DNA from: an uncultured Prevotellaceae bacterium
GTDB taxonomy: Bacteria; Bacteroidota; Bacteroidia; Bacteroidales; Bacteroidaceae
Reading direction: 5' to 3'
Assembly (NCBI GenBank): GCA_900316265.1
Contig: ONCH01000005.1
Span: forward strand, 31,437 to 95,436
DNA length: 64,000 nt
Positions within the stretch are counted from its first letter, which is position 1; each line of letters opens with the position of its first letter. The notes below the pieces were generated by a model, which was not told the DNA's origin, ran no database searches, and saw only the letters and a program-made list of their open reading frames with translations. The position numbers and the translations under genes are program-made. Shown one piece after another: positions 30,079-38,687 of the stretch.

Positions 30079-31740
30079 ATGAAGAAACTACTGATAATAT
30101 TCTCTTGTTGCTTTTCTCTTATCACTCCTTCTGTCTTTGGACAAAAGGACCTGGCGGCATATTGCCTGCAGATAGATGAGGCCATCGCCCACTCGCAGGA
30201 CTATATTGCTGCCCATGAGCAGAAGATTGGCGAAGCTCGTCGCGCGTTGACATTGGAGACTACACCCAAAGGGAGATACACTCAGAACTATCGTCTCTAC
30301 GAACTCTATAAGCCCTTTGTCAGCGATTCTGCTATGTACTTCCTGCGTCAGTGCATCTCGCTGGCTGATGGTATTGGCGACCAGTCTTCTGCCGTCCGTT
30401 GCCGTTCGCTGTTGGCTATTCGCTGCTCGAATATCGGTATGTATGACGAAGCCCTCAATATCCTTGACTCCATAAAAGTCCAAAATATAGACACCCTTTC
30501 TCTTGGTACCTATTACGAGGCCTACAACAATGTCTATAGCGAGTTGGCCTATTATACCCACCTCGACAACATGCAGCAGTTCTATCATTCCAAGTCTGAG
30601 TACTATCAACAACTGATGCTGGCTACCTTACCGCCCACCAGCGAGTCGTGTTTCCTGCGTCGTGAGCAACGAGCTCAGGCTGAAGGTAAGCTCGATGAGG
30701 CTATGCGCATCAACGACGAGTGGATGAAGACTGTTGAGACTGGTTCTCACCCTTATGCCCTCGTGGCGCTCTACCGTTATATTGAGTATAAGCTACGTGG
30801 CGACAGTACGCAGATGATTCACTGGCTGGTAGAGTCTGTCTTGGCTGATATCCGTAATGCCGCGATGGATCAGGGTTCTATGTGGGAACTGGCCAATGAG
30901 CTGATGCTGCATGGCGACATTGACAAGGCGTCAAGCTATATTAGTTTCACCAGTGACTGTGCCAACCGTTATGGCTCCCGTCAGCGCAATTGGCAGATAG
31001 CCCCCCTGCTGGCTACCATTGCCAAGAACTATAAGGCTCAGAGTGAGCGCAATACCGCCCAGCTATGGGTGGCCCTCGTTATCATTAGTGTCCTCCTACT
31101 ATGTATTCTTGGTTTCCTTCTGTTCCTGCATCGTCGAAACAAACAGCTGGCTACTGCCCGTAATGCCCTAAAAGAGTCCAACGATGAGCTGGCTTCTGTC
31201 AATGCACAACTGTCTTCTGTCAATGCAGAACTGTCGTCTGTCAACGCGCAGCTGTCGACCGTGAACTCCCAACTCTCCGAGAGCAACCGCGTCAAGGAAG
31301 AGTATATCGGACGATTCATGAGTCTCTGCTCGCAGTATATCGACAAGCTTGACAACTACCGCAAGATGGTGAATAAGAAAATGAAGAACAAGGAACTCGA
31401 AGAACTCTTCCTCCTCTCCAAATCTACGGAGCTCAAGGAGAAAGAGTTGGAAGAACTCTTCCTTAACTTCGACAGTGTCTTCCTGCACCTCTTCCCCAAC
31501 TTTGTCAACGACTTCAACGACTTGTTGCAGCCTGAGGTACGTGTACAACCCAAGGAGGATAATCGTCTCACAACTGAAATCCGCATCTTCGCCCTTATCC
31601 GTCTGGGCATTGAAGACTCCTCGAAGATTGCCGAGTTCCTGCATTATTCCGTCAATACAATCTATAACTACCGTGCTCGCATCAAGAATGGCGCTATCGG
31701 AAATCGTGAGCAGTTTGAACGCCAGATAAAGACGCTGTAA
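30079..31740 (+). CDS. SusR-like (DUF6377) membrane-spanning transcriptional regulator
   Basis: TPR-like periplasmic region, TM helix, coiled coil, ESNRVKEEYIGRF and RIFALIRLGIEDSSKIAEFLHYSVNTIYNYR. Confidence 0.85.
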   Translation: MKKLLIIFSCCFSLITPSVFGQKDLAAYCLQIDEAIAHSQDYIAAHEQKIGEARRALTLETTPKGRYTQNYRLYELYKPFVSDSAMYFLRQCISLADGIGDQSSAVRCRSLLAIRCSNIGMYDEALNILDSIKVQNIDTLSLGTYYEAYNNVYSELAYYTHLDNMQQFYHSKSEYYQQLMLATLPPTSESCFLRREQRAQAEGKLDEAMRINDEWMKTVETGSHPYALVALYRYIEYKLRGDSTQMIHWLVESVLADIRNAAMDQGSMWELANELMLHGDIDKASSYISFTSDCANRYGSRQRNWQIAPLLATIAKNYKAQSERNTAQLWVALVIISVLLLCILGFLLFLHRRNKQLATARNALKESNDELASVNAQLSSVNAELSSVNAQLSTVNSQLSESNRVKEEYIGRFMSLCSQYIDKLDNYRKMVNKKMKNKELEELFLLSKSTELKEKELEELFLNFDSVFLHLFPNFVNDFNDLLQPEVRVQPKEDNRLTTEIRIFALIRLGIEDSSKIAEFLHYSVNTIYNYRARIKNGAIGNREQFERQIKTL

Positions 31741-31762
31741 GATAGATAGTCATAATTCTTCT

Positions 31763-31875
31763 TGCCCAGGGTGGTAGAGGAGAAAGTCAAGGTCTCTCGC
31801 CAGATTGATATCGCATAAACGCTGGCAAAACACAAGAATCATCAGCCCTGCATGCCCACGCATGCAGGGCTTTTT
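31763..31875 (+). repeat. 113-bp direct repeat, copy 2 (orphan hsp20 3' end plus terminator)
   Basis: Encodes PRVVEEKVKVSRQIDIA* without the rest of the gene; matches 18776-18888. Confidence 0.95.
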
Positions 31876-32024
31876 TGTCGCCATCGTAATAAAAATCGTG
31901 TAAAGTGATACGACTTTCAGTTTTATTTCCTTTCTTGCAAGCAAAAAAGCATAAAATTCGTGACCATACTCCCGATTTTTATATAAAATTCAGGAGTTTC
32001 CAAGTTGGTGATGTATGATTCATG

Positions 32025-32117
32025 ATGTTTTCAAACATACAATTCGGTCTAATTTTAATGTTTGCAAACATTTTATTTGTCAAAATTTGGATGTTTGGAA
32101 ACATTTTACTATCTTTG
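32025..32117 (+). promoter_or_regulatory. Three palindromic operators ATGTTTnnAAACAT (33-bp period) followed by a TAtcTTTG promoter
   Basis: Copies at 32025, 32058 and 32091; -7 element at 32110-32117. Confidence 0.75.
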
Positions 32118-32144
32118 CAGCCAAGAACAATATATTAAATAAGT

Positions 32145-32252
32145 ATGGAAGACCAAATAAAGGATATTGCTGACAGTTATCTTGCTGTTGACAATATTGA
32201 GGTTGGTCACCGAAACCGCATTCCATTATGGATGTTTGGCTTGTTGTATTGA
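32145..32252 (+). pseudogene. Internally deleted AAA-family ATPase remnant (35 codons)
   Basis: Reads MEDQIKDIADSYLAVDNIEVGHRNRIPLWMFGLLY*, resembling the conserved extreme C-terminus (IPLWxFGxLY) of Bacteroidota ATP-binding proteins. Confidence 0.65.
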
Positions 32253-32272
32253 TAATTGACACTCTGTGCTAT

Positions 32273-32302
32273 AAAAAGAGCCTCCCAAAGGGAGGCTTCT
32301 TT
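32273..32302. terminator. Bidirectional hairpin terminator
   Basis: AGCCTCCC-AAA-GGGAGGCT with flanking A/T tracts. Confidence 0.8.
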
Positions 32303-34451
32303 ATTGCTCAATCTTTTGCCAGAGGTTGGTGTCGATCTTTACGACGAGGCCTTCTTTCACCCAGCGGTAGATGATGGTCTTCACTACGGGCGACTCGTTG
32401 TTGGACATTCGGAGGTTCACCAAGTCCTCCTTCGTGAACTCCTTGGCGAGCGCATCCAGATAGCGGATGTTACCCTTTGAAAGCTGAGGACTCACCGCAT
32501 TGTCGTGGAGGGCGTCAATCTTGGTACCATAGAGCTGCAACTGATAGTGCAGGCAACGCTCAGCATACCAAACAGCGAATTTGATGGCGCGCTCCGTTTC
32601 CTGACGACCTTCCAGCAGATAGGCAATGATGCCTGCTCGGAAACCGTTGAGGGCAGCACGACGACGCAACACATCGAGCGAGTAGCGCAAGGTCTGCAGG
32701 TACTCCTGACGCTTCGATTCGTCCCACGCCTCGATGGCTTTGTTGATGAGGGGCAAGTCCACTTCGCCTTCCTCGTCCATCAAGCAGAGGCACTGGCGCT
32801 TCACTTTCTCCTCATCTTCCTGGCTCCACACCTTGAACTGAGGCATCTTGGCACCCACCATATCGGGCAATACCACAGGCATCACTCGGCTTACCAGTCC
32901 ACTCTCAGCGTCTGCAAAGAAGGCTCGGCACTTGTTGGGCGTTCCACACATCACCATGTTGTAATAGAGGGTAACCTTGCCCGAGAACGAGTCCTTCGAG
33001 ATGCGATGCTGACCCCAGGGCTTGTTGTCGTAGGCCAGACGGAAGAGGTCGTTCTTCTCCGTCCATGCGCCACCCTTGTTGTTCTTCAGCACTGTCTCAA
33101 TCTCAGGGGCATAGGTAAAGAGGTGCTTGCCCTTGGCATAGAGGGCACGCTCGAGGAATGCCGACACACCGATGTTGGGCTCGATGATGCGAATCTGGGC
33201 GCAGGGATTCTCCATTTCCTGACCGTCTTTCTTCGCCAGCGAATATTCAATTTCCTTCTGCCATTCCACTTCGTCCTGCTTGATGATGGGATCCATCAGC
33301 AACTCGAACTCAGCGTCAACGAACGACTTGCCAGTAGCCTGAGGCGCCTCGATGTCGACGATGAAGCTGGGTGAGTTCAGCTTTCCGTCACGATACTTGG
33401 CACGGATGCCTGTGGCCAGTGTTCCCAACATGGGCATTGCAGCTATCAGTGTAGCCTCACGGAACTCCTCAGGAGCGTGGTCGGACAAGTCCTGGAGAAT
33501 GCCAGGCAACTCAGCCTCGACAGGAGTGACAGTCGTTTCCTCGCCCTCTGTGGAACCAGCTTCGACGGCAGTCCCCAACGACGAGAGCACCTCCTGCATG
33601 ATTGAAGGAATACCAGCAGGTCGCGTACTACCAACGGCGCTCTTGATGGTTGCCTGCACCTCGTGGTCTGACAGTCCCCAATGGGGTAGGATTGCGAACA
33701 TGCGCTGTTCATCGAAGTCGCAGATGAAACGCAGATAGCGACTCATGGTATAGAGCGCCATGTTGCGCTCGCCCTGAGCAGGAGCATCGCCATAACCCAA
33801 CTTACATAGCAGCGTCTGCACGATGTTCTCGTAGGGGATGCCCTTGTAGTTCATACCCCCAAAGTTAGGGGGCAGGGGGTCTGAACAAGCGCCAGTGCCA
33901 TTCTCCTTCTTTTCTGTAAGAGGTAATTCCTCTTCCCACTCCGATTCCTCGAACACCGCAGGGTCGAGGAACTTCACGTACTGTTCGCTGACCATGAAGC
34001 AGCAGCGGGCTAGGTCGGTGACGTGCGAGTCGTAGCTGACACCCAGTCGTGAGGCCAGACGCTGGATATCTTCCTCGATGGTAGCGCCAGGCGTGCGCCA
34101 TGCCCAGATGTGGGTGCCACCGCCAGCACTCTCGGCAAAGTACACGATGCGACATTCCTCAAGGAGGTTCTCTTCCCAAACTTTAGCCCAGAGGTCTTCT
34201 GTAAGCCCCTTCTCGTCGATGTCGAGGAAGAAGAGTCCAGAGGGTACCGCATCTTCGGCCTTGCGCGTACCATTGTTAAAACACTGTGCAAGAGGCAGCC
34301 ACACGGGCAGTTCCTTCTTGCGATCCAAATTGTGGTTCTGCTTCACGTCGAGGAGAATCTCGTCGACATGATTCTTCGCCAGCAGTTGACGATAAGCAGC
34401 CATGCTCGCCTTGCGAGGCTTGCCACTAAATGAAGTAGACATACAAATCAT
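32301..34451 (-). CDS. VirE-N/BT4734-like primase domain + PriCT + DUF3987 P-loop (primase-helicase-like)
   Basis: FLDID, ESAGGGTH, YDSHVTDLARCCF, GERNMAL (PriCT-like) and Walker A APQATGKS. Confidence 0.75.
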   Translation of the reverse strand: MICMSTSFSGKPRKASMAAYRQLLAKNHVDEILLDVKQNHNLDRKKELPVWLPLAQCFNNGTRKAEDAVPSGLFFLDIDEKGLTEDLWAKVWEENLLEECRIVYFAESAGGGTHIWAWRTPGATIEEDIQRLASRLGVSYDSHVTDLARCCFMVSEQYVKFLDPAVFEESEWEEELPLTEKKENGTGACSDPLPPNFGGMNYKGIPYENIVQTLLCKLGYGDAPAQGERNMALYTMSRYLRFICDFDEQRMFAILPHWGLSDHEVQATIKSAVGSTRPAGIPSIMQEVLSSLGTAVEAGSTEGEETTVTPVEAELPGILQDLSDHAPEEFREATLIAAMPMLGTLATGIRAKYRDGKLNSPSFIVDIEAPQATGKSFVDAEFELLMDPIIKQDEVEWQKEIEYSLAKKDGQEMENPCAQIRIIEPNIGVSAFLERALYAKGKHLFTYAPEIETVLKNNKGGAWTEKNDLFRLAYDNKPWGQHRISKDSFSGKVTLYYNMVMCGTPNKCRAFFADAESGLVSRVMPVVLPDMVGAKMPQFKVWSQEDEEKVKRQCLCLMDEEGEVDLPLINKAIEAWDESKRQEYLQTLRYSLDVLRRRAALNGFRAGIIAYLLEGRQETERAIKFAVWYAERCLHYQLQLYGTKIDALHDNAVSPQLSKGNIRYLDALAKEFTKEDLVNLRMSNNESPVVKTIIYRWVKEGLVVKIDTNLWQKIEQ
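33855..33887. repeat. Second-family G/C palindrome in the interdomain linker of the primase gene
   Basis: ACCCCCAAAGTTAGGGGGCAGGGGGTCTGAACA, translated CSDPLPPNFGG. Confidence 0.5.
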
Positions 34452-34526
34452 ATCGGCGGCAAAGGTCACAAGGGGTTTTGCACCTTCCAAGTGGGATTTT
34501 ATAAACTGTAGTGCAAAGACGCGAAG

Positions 34527-35978
34527 TTATCTGTGGATGTTCGCTAACTGCTTGTATTTCTGATAAATAGCGTTAAAGATTTTTTGCACATTCTCTGCTT
34601 CATCGCCCATCCCTTCCTGGATATTTTTTCTAAATGTGCCCACATGCTGCTTCTCAGTCAGCTTTTCTGCCAAATCGTTGTCGGAATGGGCTCCGAAGAC
34701 TGCACTTTTTTTCATTTCTCCCACCAGATGGCAGAAGAAACGTGCAGTGAACTGATTGTTGTGCGGACTCTTGCGCGTCACCTTCAGATGGGCAAAGATG
34801 GTCTCGTCATGAACTAGTTCCTGCCACATGGCATCATACTGCTTTTGCCATGGCTTAGCAACCAGGTCGCCCAGCTTGTTGGCAGCTTCCAGAACTGCGT
34901 CGCCCACGCATTGCTGGTCGTTCAGCACCAGTTGTTCGTCGCCAAACTTGCTGGTGGGGTCTAGTTCTCGGGCAATCTCCGACAGGGTAGCCAGATGGAA
35001 GATGAAGTGACGTAGGGCATCGTCGTCGAGGTGGGCATTGAGAAATGATTCGTCAAAGGTTTTGCGGTCTGTTGTCCATTTGGCAAACAGTCCGCCAGGC
35101 ACCTGTCCCAGTTCTGCACGCTCCTTGGTACGCTCCGCTGTCATGATGTCTTTCAACGAACTGCTGTCACTGACCACGCGGAGTGTCTCGCGACGGGTCT
35201 TCCAGTACTCCCACCAACGGTTGCTCTCACGCACCTGCACGAGAACATTATTAAATAGCTGTGCCATCGCCTTGCTGTCCCTTCGACGTTGTTGCATCAG
35301 ACTGACCAACAGGCTGGGCAGAAGCATCAGTATCAACAGCGCTATCAGCATCGTCTGCAGACTGTCGCTCATCTGGCTGTCGAGTGTTTCCAAAGCCTGA
35401 CGCATGTTCTGAATCTGGCTGGTAATCTCTTCCTGGTTGTCTGCGTCGCCCTCCGTATTGATATTTTGAAGGGTTTGCGCCACCATCATCAAGTCCTCAG
35501 GATTCAGGTGCTGGGCACATACGCTGAAGATGTATTGTACGGGCGATATTTGCTGTCGGATGGCCTCCTGCTGGTCTGTGGGCAGTGCTGCGTGTTGTGC
35601 CATCGTTTGGACAACAAGGTCAAAGAACGGCATCGCTTGTTGGTTGTCAGATGTCCCGCCCAGCAGTCGTTGTACCAGTGTCATGACCGACTGCCGTATG
35701 CTGCTGTTCGATACGGTCTGGCCGATGCGCTCCTGGTACTCGGAGAACAGGAACGCCGTGGGTATCTTGTTCAGCTCCATCAGCGCCATCACAGCACGCT
35801 GCATGCGCATCAGGGCTGCATAGATATCTGCCTCTGTGCAGGTGTCCATACCGTCTGTTACTTCCAGTGCCAAGGTGTCCAGCCTTTGTGTGGCAACTTC
35901 CCAATGACGGCAGAGTAGGGCAGTCAGTTGCTCTGCGCGCTCGTCGTCAACAATCTTTTTTATTTCTTCTGCTGTCAT
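34527..35978 (-). CDS. Hypothetical alpha-helical protein (483 aa)
   Basis: Long ORF, co-oriented with and upstream of the primase-helicase; one hydrophobic stretch; no family recognised. Confidence 0.75.
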   Translation of the reverse strand: MTAEEIKKIVDDERAEQLTALLCRHWEVATQRLDTLALEVTDGMDTCTEADIYAALMRMQRAVMALMELNKIPTAFLFSEYQERIGQTVSNSSIRQSVMTLVQRLLGGTSDNQQAMPFFDLVVQTMAQHAALPTDQQEAIRQQISPVQYIFSVCAQHLNPEDLMMVAQTLQNINTEGDADNQEEITSQIQNMRQALETLDSQMSDSLQTMLIALLILMLLPSLLVSLMQQRRRDSKAMAQLFNNVLVQVRESNRWWEYWKTRRETLRVVSDSSSLKDIMTAERTKERAELGQVPGGLFAKWTTDRKTFDESFLNAHLDDDALRHFIFHLATLSEIARELDPTSKFGDEQLVLNDQQCVGDAVLEAANKLGDLVAKPWQKQYDAMWQELVHDETIFAHLKVTRKSPHNNQFTARFFCHLVGEMKKSAVFGAHSDNDLAEKLTEKQHVGTFRKNIQEGMGDEAENVQKIFNAIYQKYKQLANIHR

Positions 35979-36073
35979 ATTTCTTGTTGTTCGGTCAAGT
36001 AGTTCTATTATTTGTATAAACGATTGAATATTAATATATTACACTATTATTATATCGTCCTTTGCTTTTCTGT

Positions 36074-36103
36074 GGTCACATGGTCACAACTGTGACCGTG
36101 ACC
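36074..36103. repeat. Inverted repeat built of GGTCAC(A) units
   Basis: GGTCACATGGTCACA-AC-TGTGACCGTGACC. Confidence 0.7.
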
Positions 36104-36116
36104 GTTTTCTTGCCGA

Positions 36117-36211
36117 TATTAGATGTATCCAGCGGCATATTAGTTGTATACAGCGGCGTATTAGCTGTATCCAGACCTGTATTAGCTGTATACAGACCTG
36201 TATTAGCTGTA
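36117..36211 (+). repeat. 21-bp tandem array, 4.5 units (TATTAGNTGTATNCAGNNNNN), iteron-like
   Basis: Units at 36117, 36138, 36159, 36180 and 36201 (partial). Confidence 0.9.
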
Positions 36212-36237
36212 GCTGAGGAAAAAGAATAGCATACTTC

Positions 36238-37062
36238 TCACTCCTTGAACACCATCATGTCGGCTAAGCGCAGGAAGTACTCATTCGACCATATTTCAAT
36301 ATCACGCTGGTCGAAGATGAAACCTCTGACATCCTGCTTCACTGCTTCTATGTCGGTCGTTGACAACTTCTCGTGCAGCAGCTCCATAAAACGCTCCTTG
36401 GTGATGTCCTCATCATTGAACTCACGGATGCGCTTCTGCAGGTGTTCAAAATTCAACGGCACACGATTGGCAACATACCATTGGAAGTCGTACCAGTCGC
36501 GCCCCTTCACTCTAGTCTTCCAGTTACGATAGAGCAAAGCGTGCATCTTGCCAGCGTAAAGGTCAGGGAGAGTTACACAGCGCACCACAAAGGGATAGGG
36601 GCGAGATAAAGGCAAGTTTTCTGTCTCGAAACCCAGTGGCGGATCTGTGTCCATTTCTATTTTTACCTTGACAGTCTTCTTGGTTTGGAACTTGATATCG
36701 AAAACCTCTGTATTCTCCTTGAGGAATGCAGATTCTACACGTCCAAACATCTTTTTATCCTTTTTCTGAATAACCACCTCGTGGCCTGCCAGATGAAATT
36801 CTTCAATTATGTAGGGAAAGAAGTCTTCCAAATGAACATCGCTGTTTTTCTCTCTGAGTGTAAAGTCCATATCCTCGGAGTAGCGAGGCAACTGATGGAA
36901 GAGTCTCAGGCATGTGCCACCATAAAAGGCAGCATGCTTGAAGAACCCTCCACGACTGAGTCCCGCAAGAGCAATCTTCTGCATTACCTCCTGTTCCACA
37001 TTAGGCGTGGAGGTGTTTGCTTGCTGCTGATATTCAGCAACCATCTGATCATATATGTTCAT
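36238..37062 (-). CDS. abiEii: AbiEii-type nucleotidyltransferase toxin (type IV TA)
   Basis: FYGGTCLR, RYSEDMDF, GKMHALL and KGRDWYD. Confidence 0.9.
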   Translation of the reverse strand: MNIYDQMVAEYQQQANTSTPNVEQEVMQKIALAGLSRGGFFKHAAFYGGTCLRLFHQLPRYSEDMDFTLREKNSDVHLEDFFPYIIEEFHLAGHEVVIQKKDKKMFGRVESAFLKENTEVFDIKFQTKKTVKVKIEMDTDPPLGFETENLPLSRPYPFVVRCVTLPDLYAGKMHALLYRNWKTRVKGRDWYDFQWYVANRVPLNFEHLQKRIREFNDEDITKERFMELLHEKLSTTDIEAVKQDVRGFIFDQRDIEIWSNEYFLRLADMMVFKE

Positions 37063-37691
37063 AGTTTCTTGATGAGTTTAATGAGGTTTTGTAATATTTG
37101 CGTCTTTCGTCCCATTGCTATACATTGTTCAATGATACTCGTGTCGAAGTCTTTGAGAGAATCTGTATCGAAGCGCAGGTATTCTTCCAAATACTCCCAG
37201 AGTCCCTTGACAGATTGGGGGGGGCGTTTGATGTCATGAATGATACTGTCGCAGAGAGCCTTTTCTGGACTAGCCATAATACATGCTGTGTCGTTATCGT
37301 CGACTATTCTCAAACCGATGGGAAAATATGGCGGCGAAACGTGGAAGTATTCAAACGTTCCCAACTTATTCTCAAATCGCCTCGTATGTAGTGTGGTCAT
37401 AGAACTCATGATGTGTACTTGTTCTGGAATGAGCCCATACCATCTTAAAGCCCATTGCAAGGAAACGTATGACGGGCCATAGATGTGATTGGCACATAGT
37501 CGCGCATCAATGGCCTTGCCCGTCACCTCTCCACTGACGACATAAAGTCCACGCTTCAGTTGGATGATATCACCCTCCCTCTCCAATGCATGAATCTTGT
37601 CGGCAGGTGATGATAAATCACTATAGCAATCGTATAGCGTTTGCGTGCGAATGGGGACATTTCCGAACTTAAGTAATGGTGACTTCTTCAT
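37059..37691 (-). CDS. abiEi: AbiEi-type antitoxin / transcriptional regulator
   Basis: QLKRGLY, PSYVSLQWALRWYGLIPE and MASPEKALCD; ATGA overlap with the toxin gene. Confidence 0.85.
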   Translation of the reverse strand: MKKSPLLKFGNVPIRTQTLYDCYSDLSSPADKIHALEREGDIIQLKRGLYVVSGEVTGKAIDARLCANHIYGPSYVSLQWALRWYGLIPEQVHIMSSMTTLHTRRFENKLGTFEYFHVSPPYFPIGLRIVDDNDTACIMASPEKALCDSIIHDIKRPPQSVKGLWEYLEEYLRFDTDSLKDFDTSIIEQCIAMGRKTQILQNLIKLIKKL

Positions 37692-37846
37692 CGCAATTCG
37701 TTTGATTATGCTGCAAAAATATAAAATTTGGTACACATATTCGAAAGATAGTCGAATAAATGTACGAGAATTAACATATTTTGTACAAAATTCAATCACT
37801 TCATACTGTAAACTGCACAATGCGTCAGATAGCTCTCTCGTAAAAT

Positions 37847-37894
37847 AAAGTTGCCCTGTTTTTTGAATTTTTTCGCAAATGTGCCTATATTATG
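37847..37894 (+). repeat. 48-bp conserved element, copy 1
   Basis: AAAGTTGCCCTGTTTTTTGAATTTTTTCGCAAATGTGCCTATATTATG. Confidence 0.95.
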
Positions 37895-37929
37895 CACATC
37901 AAATATTTATAATTCAAAAGATAGTGACG

Positions 37930-38298
37930 ATGAGAGATTCCTTTTTTCATTTGAAAGAGTGGTATATGACCACAGAACGGCCTGAGGATTTTGAACAGGT
38001 ACGTGATTATGTGGTGGAGCAGACCCGAAAGGCCAGCATAGAGCAGATCGGGGTGGACTTAACAAAGCAAGACACGGACGACTTCCAGCAGGGATTCACC
38101 ATAGAGAAAAGAAGGGTGGGGCAGGATGTGAGGCTGTGCTTCGTATGGTGGGACTTTTCGGAGTGCGAGAAACATGCCGACTATCGCGTGCTGCAAAACG
38201 ATATCGTCAAGCACTTCTGGCCTGAAATCCAATTCATCAGCTCTGCTTCCGCCAGCCTATTTACTGGCGGAACGCGCAAAAATTGGAGGTTAAGATAA
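37930..38298 (+). CDS. Hypothetical protein (122 aa)
   Basis: ORF starts 35 nt after element copy 1 and its stop abuts copy 2. Confidence 0.65.
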   Translation: MRDSFFHLKEWYMTTERPEDFEQVRDYVVEQTRKASIEQIGVDLTKQDTDDFQQGFTIEKRRVGQDVRLCFVWWDFSECEKHADYRVLQNDIVKHFWPEIQFISSASASLFTGGTRKNWRLR

Positions 38299-38300
38299 AA

Positions 38301-38348
38301 AAAGTTGCCCTGTTTTTTGAATTTTTTCGCAAATGTGTCTATATTATG
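38301..38348 (+). repeat. 48-bp conserved element, copy 2
   Basis: AAAGTTGCCCTGTTTTTTGAATTTTTTCGCAAATGTGTCTATATTATG. Confidence 0.95.
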
Positions 38349-38373
38349 CCCGTCAAACAAAAATTCAAAAGAT

Positions 38374-38592
38374 ATGGCAACAACAATTAAAACCAGTTCC
38401 AAGAACTACTTCAACAAAATTCAAAAGTACCTCCACAACAAAAGAGTCTTCTTTACCCCATCACTTAACTTAGGGGTCTATGCCCTCACCATCTTTGACC
38501 TCTCAGAGGTTGAAACCACCTCTCTCCTTAACAAAATGACCAAACACTTCCATCTCACTAAGCAGCAGGAGCCTTTGGCTCTCGCTGCATAA
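38374..38592 (+). CDS. Small basic protein (72 aa) ending in -LALAA
   Basis: MATTIKTSSKN..EPLALAA; starts 25 nt after element copy 2. Confidence 0.6.
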   Translation: MATTIKTSSKNYFNKIQKYLHNKRVFFTPSLNLGVYALTIFDLSEVETTSLLNKMTKHFHLTKQQEPLALAA

Positions 38593-38687
38593 TTTCTGCG
38601 TTGGAGATTGCAAAATTATGATAAAAATATTGCAACAATCAAGAATAATGTGTATCTTTGCAGCATCATAACTAAAAACAAATAATT

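Larger units (their letters stand above)
18776..31875. mobile_element. PUL cassette bracketed by duplicated hsp20 3' ends (candidate integrated element, no integrase visible)
   Basis: Flanking 113-bp direct repeats; the enclosed DNA is a complete PUL. Confidence 0.5.

Noticed and set aside
36117..36211. CRISPR array (also considered for 18939-19011 and 58564-58660)
   Set aside because: The conserved part is only ~9-16 bp and the variable part 5-13 bp, far below CRISPR repeat and spacer sizes; there are no cas genes in the window.
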